Assembly (NCBI GenBank): GCA_900617105.1
Contig: UYFQ01000114.1
Location: 1 to 53,786, forward strand
Direction of reading: 5' to 3'
DNA from: Hydrurus foetidus
Lineage: Eukaryota
Length of the DNA stretch: 53,786 nucleotides
Shown here: positions 47,001-53,786 of the stretch, piece by piece
Layout: the number at the start of each line of letters is the position of its first letter
How positions within the stretch are numbered: the first letter of the stretch is position 1
Program-made: the position numbers and the translations under genes
The notes under the pieces: generated by a model
What the model saw: only the letters and a program-made list of their open reading frames with translations
The model's database searches: none
Told to the model about the DNA's origin: nothing

Positions 47001-47688
47001 GTTATTGTCATACCGTCGAGTGCCTATTCTTTTGCCATTTTGAAGTGAGAATAGGATTTTGAGAACGATCAGAATCACGGAAATTTTGACACGGTAATTG
47101 CCAACGGGAACTGCTACAGGCTGATGACGCCTGTACCGGGCAAAAGCAAAAGTATATGTTTTCGTTTCCCAATTTAGCCACTGAATCATTTTTTGTGACC
47201 GATGGCTCAAAAGAACCGAAATGAAAATCCACACACCGCTATCTCGATGCTTTTTTCGTTTTTCGTTTTTCGTTTTTCGCTTTTCGTTTTTTCAATTTAT
47301 TTGGTCAACTAAAATTTGGCGGATATTTTGTCATCGCAATAAAATTTGCAGAAGTACAGAACTCAAAAAAGCATCGAGGTCACACTTTAGATCACATCAT
47401 ACTGATTCATGTCATAAATTCAGATTCGTCAGATGCACAACCATCGTGTTGGGATCGAGCAAACAGATGTGATGCTTGCCCAGTGCTTCCATTCGATTGT
47501 TTGAGTGCCCATATCGAGAATTTCAATTTTTAAGATGTTTTTTTTTCCAAAAAACGGGGTTTAAGATGTTTTTTTTCCAAAACCGTATTTCACGTTTCTT
47601 GATGTCATCAACCCGTAAATCCTCGGACATACAATTTCACGCAAATGTGATGGTGGATTCGGAAAGAGCATAGTTATTTTAGTCACAT

Positions 47689-47905
47689 TGTGGCCTTGCC
47701 AGGATCTGGGCACGGGGAGCGGGTCAGCTGGGAGCGGGAGCAAGGGAAAGGAAGCTGGGAGAGCTATTGCTATGGAAACAATGTGGTTAGCTTACAGATA
47801 AACACTGCAGGTATCATGGCAATGAATCGGGTGGATCGGATCGTCCTCGATCCGATCCGAACGTACGCCTGTACCCGTACAGCCCGTACGGGTGTGCGGG
47901 TCACA
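47689..47905 (-). repeat. 3' LTR of Gypsy A copy 2
   Basis: 217-bp match to 2434-2650. Confidence 0.95.
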
Positions 47906-49374
47906 GTGCCCCTCTCTCTCTAAAGGGGTGTACTAATGACAAAATTCATCATCAAAATACTAACTATGAGTAACTAAGTAACTTATTGAATAACTATTTC
48001 AGACTAAGAACTGAAAGTTCCTTACTGAATAAACCTCCTTAAAATCCCTGAGGATCCAATTTAGGAGGAATCTTTCTGATTTAGTTAATCGCGTGGTATT
48101 AAGTGTTTGAGGTTCCTTTTGATTAAGAACTCATGTACTTTTTGCGCTTTACGCATGTGTGTCCACGGTTCCCATGTATTGTGTTCATGGGTGTAGTTGA
48201 GCCATTTCACATGAAATGTGAGTGATTTGTACGCTCTTATGTTTCCTTTCATTTCTAGGATTTCCTCTATGAAGAATTCCAGATAATCTCTACGAGCAAT
48301 GTCAGTTGGATCGACATGCGTAGGATCAAAGTGAAACGGTTTTAGTTGGGTCATGTGGTACAACTTTTCTTTGTGTGTTACCAGGTCGAGTAATGTATAC
48401 TCTGCGAAGTTATGGCTGACAACTCGCATTGGGCCGCGCCACAGTGTGTGCATGCGCGTTTCTGGTGATGTTTTTTGTTGGACAAGTACAAATGTGTCGA
48501 CTCCGAACTGTGTGACGTTTGGAGGTTGTTGTGCATTGTGCAAGTCGTCGGATTCTTTGAGTAGACGTGCGGTGATTTCGATGAGTTCATCTTGCAACGT
48601 TAACATTTTATCAGTTGACCGTGTGAGTGAGTCGAAATCTAAATCAATTTCATCTCTCGGGAGGAGGATGTTTGCTTCGAGATCGATCGCGTTGCCATAG
48701 ATGAGTTGTGCTGGAGGCACTTTCATCCGGTCATTTACGGTTGAATTTAGTATTCTTTGAACAAACGGTAATATTTCCGCGTAGTTTCCCGTAGTTGCCC
48801 GTTCCTATGCGTACGCGGTTATATGGCGATTGATTTCTTTGTTGATTCGCTCGACGATAGCGTTTTTTTCTGAGCAGTATGGTAATATTTTGTTGTGTGT
48901 TGTTCCAACAATCTTCACAAACTCATCTATGATGTGGCTTGCGAAGTGGGGTCCATTATCTGATCGAAGTATACATGGTGAGCCGTAGCGTCCCACGTGT
49001 TCTACAAGTGCTGTGCACGCTGATTTGGCTGTTGCATCAGGTGTTGCATAGAGTTCGACAAACCTTGAGAAGGTGTCGATCATAACAAGGATATATCCTT
49101 TATCGGGAAATGGACCAATGAAGTCTATGTTAAGGCATTCCATTGGTTTGTAGGTTGAGGTTGTGTACCGGTATGCGTTGATGGGATATTTCATTGCCGA
49201 CATCTTTTGGCAACACGGACAATTTTTTATGAATGTTTTTACTGCGTCACGCATTCCCAGCCATATGTTATTTGTTTTCTTTAAATGACGCAGTGTGCGT
49301 TGTACACCACCATGTCCGACTATTGTGTTATGGCACGTTACAATTAGGTTATATTGCTCTGTCGTTATTGGTTT
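47689..49374 (-). mobile_element. Gypsy family A copy 2 (integrase-chromodomain + 3' LTR), inverted, interrupted by Gypsy D
   Basis: Near-identical reverse complement of ~922-2650; ORFs 48085-48726 and 48805-49254. Confidence 0.95.
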
Positions 49375-49582
49375 TGTGGTCGGGCAAATGTAGAAAGGGG
49401 GGCGAGAGGAGGTAGGCTTAGTTACAGGAGTCTAGGCTAGAAGCTAATTAACTTCTAAGTGGACGCTGTAGATGGCTACGACGATACGACAGCCTAACTG
49501 TAGTGTACAGTAGTAGTACCCGGTAGGATTCGGTAGAGTCGGTACCCGGTAGGATCGGGACCCTGGACCCGGTACTATCACA
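49375..49582 (-). repeat. 3' LTR of Gypsy D (208 bp)
   Basis: Minus strand: purine tract AAAGATAAGTGGGGG, then TGTGAT...ACCACA; its end coincides with the break in Gypsy A homology. Confidence 0.85.
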
Positions 49583-52500
49583 TTACCCCCACTTATCTTT
49601 CTTTCTTTCGAAAAAAAATCTAAACTAAATCTAAACTAAATCGAAACCCCCGTTTCTTTGCAAAACTTATTATATAACTTAACCGAAAAAGAAAATATAC
49701 AAAAATTTACAAAATCGAAAATATGAAACAAAATAAAAGTGAACATAAAAAGTTTTACACAAGAAAAATTGTAGAGAAGTGCGGTTCGATGTAGAAAGAT
49801 AAGGTGGGGTTGTACAAAAACAGTAGAGTACTGTTGTACGAGGGTCGAAAACGTAATTATGTCAGATTTTTACTGACTAAAAAAGCATAAAAATCCCTTA
49901 GAAAAGGGCAAAAAATTAGGCTAAAAAATCTTCAAAAGATAATACGTTCGAACTCAAACCTCATCGGTTGATCCCTCAAGATTCTTGGGAATAAAACGTG
50001 ACATGTTATTATTCCACAAGTATACATGGAGTGCATCACAGAGCCGGAGATTCTTCCAAGGCTCCCATGTATTATGTGAGTTATCATAGTTGAGCCATTT
50101 AACATGGAACGACATGGATGTCGGTTTCTTTGAATCACCAGTGTGACTAAGAACTTTCTCAACGAAATACTCCATGTAATCGCGACGTGCTGTATCAGCA
50201 GGTATGCCCAGCGATGGGTCATAATTGAAAATCTTAAGATTCTTCACATGTACACTATTGTGCTTGTGTGTAATTAAGTTCGCGAGAACATACTCGGATC
50301 CCTCAAGGGAGACAACACGGAAAGGACCTTTCCACTTTGTGTGTAATCGAGTAGGAGGGTGTTCCTGTTTTACAAGAACATATGACCCTATGGGGAACAC
50401 TGTCACACCTTGTGTGGACTTTTTGTGTTTGTCATCACATTTCTGAAGAGAACCGATTGCTGCATCGAGGACCTTGTCCTGTATATCGATGAGATCTGTG
50501 ATGTATGTTGAATTCGAAGATGTCAACGTTGGTAATAGATGAGGTGTCAAAATACCCCGATTCAAATCAAGTTTATTGCCGAATAAAATCGAAGCAGGAC
50601 TTGCATTTGTTCGTCGATTAACTGAACTGTTAATGATACGTTGAACGAAAGGTATGCATTTAGCATAGTGTTCAAGAGATGGTGTATCAAACACGAGACC
50701 GCGTAAGTGTCTATTCACTTCTTTGTTGACCCTTTCTACAATGGCATTCTCTTGTGAGGAATAAGCCAAAGTGAGATTATGGGGTGTCCCCGTAAGGTCT
50801 AAGAACTCTTTAATGAGATCATTAGCGAAGTGGGATCCTCGATCGGATCTAATCATGTTTGGCGATCCGAATCGACCAAAATGAGTCAGTAAGCATTCAC
50901 ATGCAGACTGAGCAGTAGCACCCTTACACCAGAACATTTCTGTCCATCTGGAGAAGGTGTCGATTATGACAAGAATATACCCTTTATCAGGGAATGGGCC
51001 AATAAAATCGATATTTAATGTATCGAAAATAGCATGTGTTGAAGTTGAAAAATGAGCAGCACTGATATTTGTATCAACTGCGCTCAATTTCTGACAGCAT
51101 GGGCAGTTTCGTATGAACGAGCGTACGTGCTGTTTCATATTTTTCCACACGTGGTTAAGACTAAAGAGTCGAGTGAGAGTACGATCGACGCCGTTGTGAC
51201 CAACAATTGCATTGTGGCACATTTGAATGTAAACATTCTGTTCATCTGTCGGCGGTTCAATAATCGTCAAAGCCGAAACTGCAGAAGATGACGATGAAGA
51301 AGATGATGGTGGAGTATCACCCTCGGACCTGATTGTCTTAGGCAGAGCAATTTCGGTAAGGTTTGGACATAACCGTGACAGAGCATCGGCAAGTTCATTA
51401 TCTGTCCCTTTGACAAAGTGTACGCTAAAATCAAGTTCTTGCATGGTAATGAACCACCGTGTTACCATTGAGGTGGGGTTTTGTTTCATATAAGTCAAAC
51501 TCATATGGTCAGTATGAATAGTAAATTTACGGTCTCGAATGAGATAATCGAGTTGTTGGCAACAGAAAAAGATAGCATAAGCTTCTTTCTGTATCATCGA
51601 CCAATTAATTTGTGTTGCCGAGAGAGATTTGCTGATGAAGGCAATTGGTCTCCACACGGTGTCGACAATTTGGAAGAGTACACCACCGATGCCATAATTG
51701 GATGCATCAGTATATAATTTGATGGGTGAATCATCATTGATGAAGTACATTAAAGGACAACGCGATACCGCGATTTTAGTCTCATTAAATGCTAAAGTCC
51801 CCTCGGGGGTCCAATATATAGGGGAACGTTTGAGTGCCTTTGGGTCCATCATCATTTGAAGTGGTTTGACAATGTCCGAATGAAACGGTACAAATTGACG
51901 GAAGTAGTTGGCTAAGCCAAGAAATCCACGAAGCGATGTTACTTCTTTAGGAAGAGGGAAGTTGAGTACTGTCTCAATCTTCTCTTTAGACATGGATAAC
52001 CCATCTTTGTCTCTGACTCGTCCCACGTATTCGATACGTTTGAGACCGAATCTGCATTTCTTTGCTTTGAGCTTAAGATTTTTAAGGCGAAATCTTTCAA
52101 AAACGCTGCGCAGATTCATGAGAAACTCTGCTTCGCCCCGGCCATATACAATGCAGTCATCGAGATACATCTCGCAACAGCTGTATATAAGACCTTAAAG
52201 GACCATTGTCACCATCTGCTCTTGAAAGTAAGAGGGGGCTCGACAAGGGCCAAAAGGCAATCTCGTGAATTGAAACACCCCCATAAAACACATATAAATG
52301 CGGTATAGATTCGGTGGGGTGTGTACAGAGGTGCTTGGTGGTAACCGGCGGTTAAATCCATCACTCCGTAAATATCCGGTTTTTTATTACCGATCCTCTC
52401 AAAGAGGTGTTTGATATTTGGTAGGGGAAAGGAGGCCGGCTCAATGCATTCATTGAGTGCACGATAGTCGATGCAGGTTCGATATGTATCGGCTGTCTTA

Positions 52501-53786
52501 TTTACCATTACAGGATGACTGTAGTACGCAGAGTTCGATCACACCATCCTCCAGCATCTCTTCAATTGAAGTGCGGAGGTAATGTTCCTTCTTAGAGGAT
52601 TGTGGGCGCACTGGTGTGCGGTTCGATGGAACCTCCCATTTTTGCCTAGGCAAATTGATCTCAAAAGGCTTGAGATGTGCAGCTTGCGGGGCTAGCTTAT
52701 CACTGAAAATATCAGCGAATTCTGAACAGAGAGTACGCAAATTCTTCTGAAGGCTTTCATCTCCCTCAAAATGAATTTGTGACAAAAAATCATCCGGCCC
52801 ATTGGGCGGTACATTTCGGCACGTCTTGTCACGCAAGAAAGGTGCGAAAGTGTCAGTCTTGTCATTGTCAATCTCGTCAACGGAGAGTGCGACACCGCTT
52901 GGCCATACGGCTTCCACGTCATAGTCTGATGTAACAGAGTCCCCAGAGGTATGTGTGAGGGTGGGAATCGAGTCACCACCTAGGTGCGGGGTATCACCCG
53001 TACGTTTTGCGAGTCTAGTCGTGACACTAGCCAGTCGCTCACAACCCACATCACCACATGGACTTTGGGTCATGACTCCCTCGGAACCAACCTGGGTAAC
53101 GCTACACGTGAACGTTGCATGACAACCTGACCCCACGACTTTCTTGGTTAAAGGTGCGTGCAAAATGGCCTTCTTTGGTTTTGGCTTCGGGCAAAGGCCG
53201 TATGGTTCTCTTTTCAGAGCGAGTTTAGTCTGTGTGATTCCCTTCAACAAGTCATATGTTGGGGTAATCGACTCTACCTCTGGTTCTTCGGGTTGGAATC
53301 CCTCCGATATCATACGCCTGGTGTATTTGCTCCAGTGAAGTGGGTCGAGCTTTGTTATTGCTTCCCTTTCTTCAAATTCGCGCCAACGAATATCCCTTTT
53401 CCTTTTGTTCTCCGCACTGAGCTCAGGAGAGATACCAAAAGCAAAAGGTGTTAATGACATAAAATCATATTTATTTACAGTGTTGCGACTTAACAAAAGT
53501 TCAGTATCTGTATTCCGATTAACTCGCAAGGTTAATAGGATTTTGTGACATTCGCCATCATAAGTATGAAATTGGAGAGTCAAATTAATAATTTCGTTAT
53601 TTATATAGCAATGGCCATCAAGACCAGAGCAAACAGTTATGGCTTTAGGAGCCTCATAACAGAGATGCATAGCATTTAGTTTTTGAATCATTATAAAAGA
53701 AATAAAATCCTCTGAATAATTGGCGGTGTCCAACACGGCCTTGCCCACAATGCGTCGTACGCTAGTCTGGTTCTCCGACATCCTTA
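49375..53786 (-). mobile_element. Ty3/Gypsy chromovirus family D (continues beyond window)
   Basis: Protease VLDTA, RT YLDD, RNase H, integrase and chromodomain in ORFs 52498-53781, 52209-52508 and 49954-52170 (frameshifted). Confidence 0.95.

Noticed and set aside
47009..47688. T-rich region with (TTTTCG)n and a short duplication as a DNA-transposon end
   Set aside because: No partner TIR, TSD or ORF in the window.

Overview
Eukaryotic genomic DNA, probably a protist (stramenopile-like is my inference from gene and TE style). A ~16 kb island of five intron-containing host genes lies at 12.5-28.3 kb: an SLC37/GlpT-like MFS antiporter, an insulysin-like M16 peptidase, a small unknown or DDA1-like gene, nucleoporin NDC1 and a calcyphosin-like EF-hand protein. 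Nests of transposons flank it on both sides. Left nest: the 3' part of a chromodomain Ty3/Gypsy element, a solo-LTR-like segment, a Helitron-like remnant (OTU + PIF1), a tyrosine-recombinase (YR, Ngaro/DIRS-type) retrotransposon and a piggyBac-like remnant. Right nest: a non-autonomous split-direct-repeat (SDR) element inserted exactly at the end of a second YR retrotransposon, which is itself interrupted by a full-length Gypsy with a 4-bp TSD. After that come a 93-bp hAT-type MITE and an inverted second copy of the first Gypsy, interrupted by a third Gypsy family. The most notable signal is in the two divergent YR retrotransposons. In both, the gag stop codon is in the pol reading frame and is followed at identical spacing by a covarying C(UGCG)G-capped hairpin, which suggests programmed stop-codon readthrough. 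All calls come from manual motif reading; no database searches were run.
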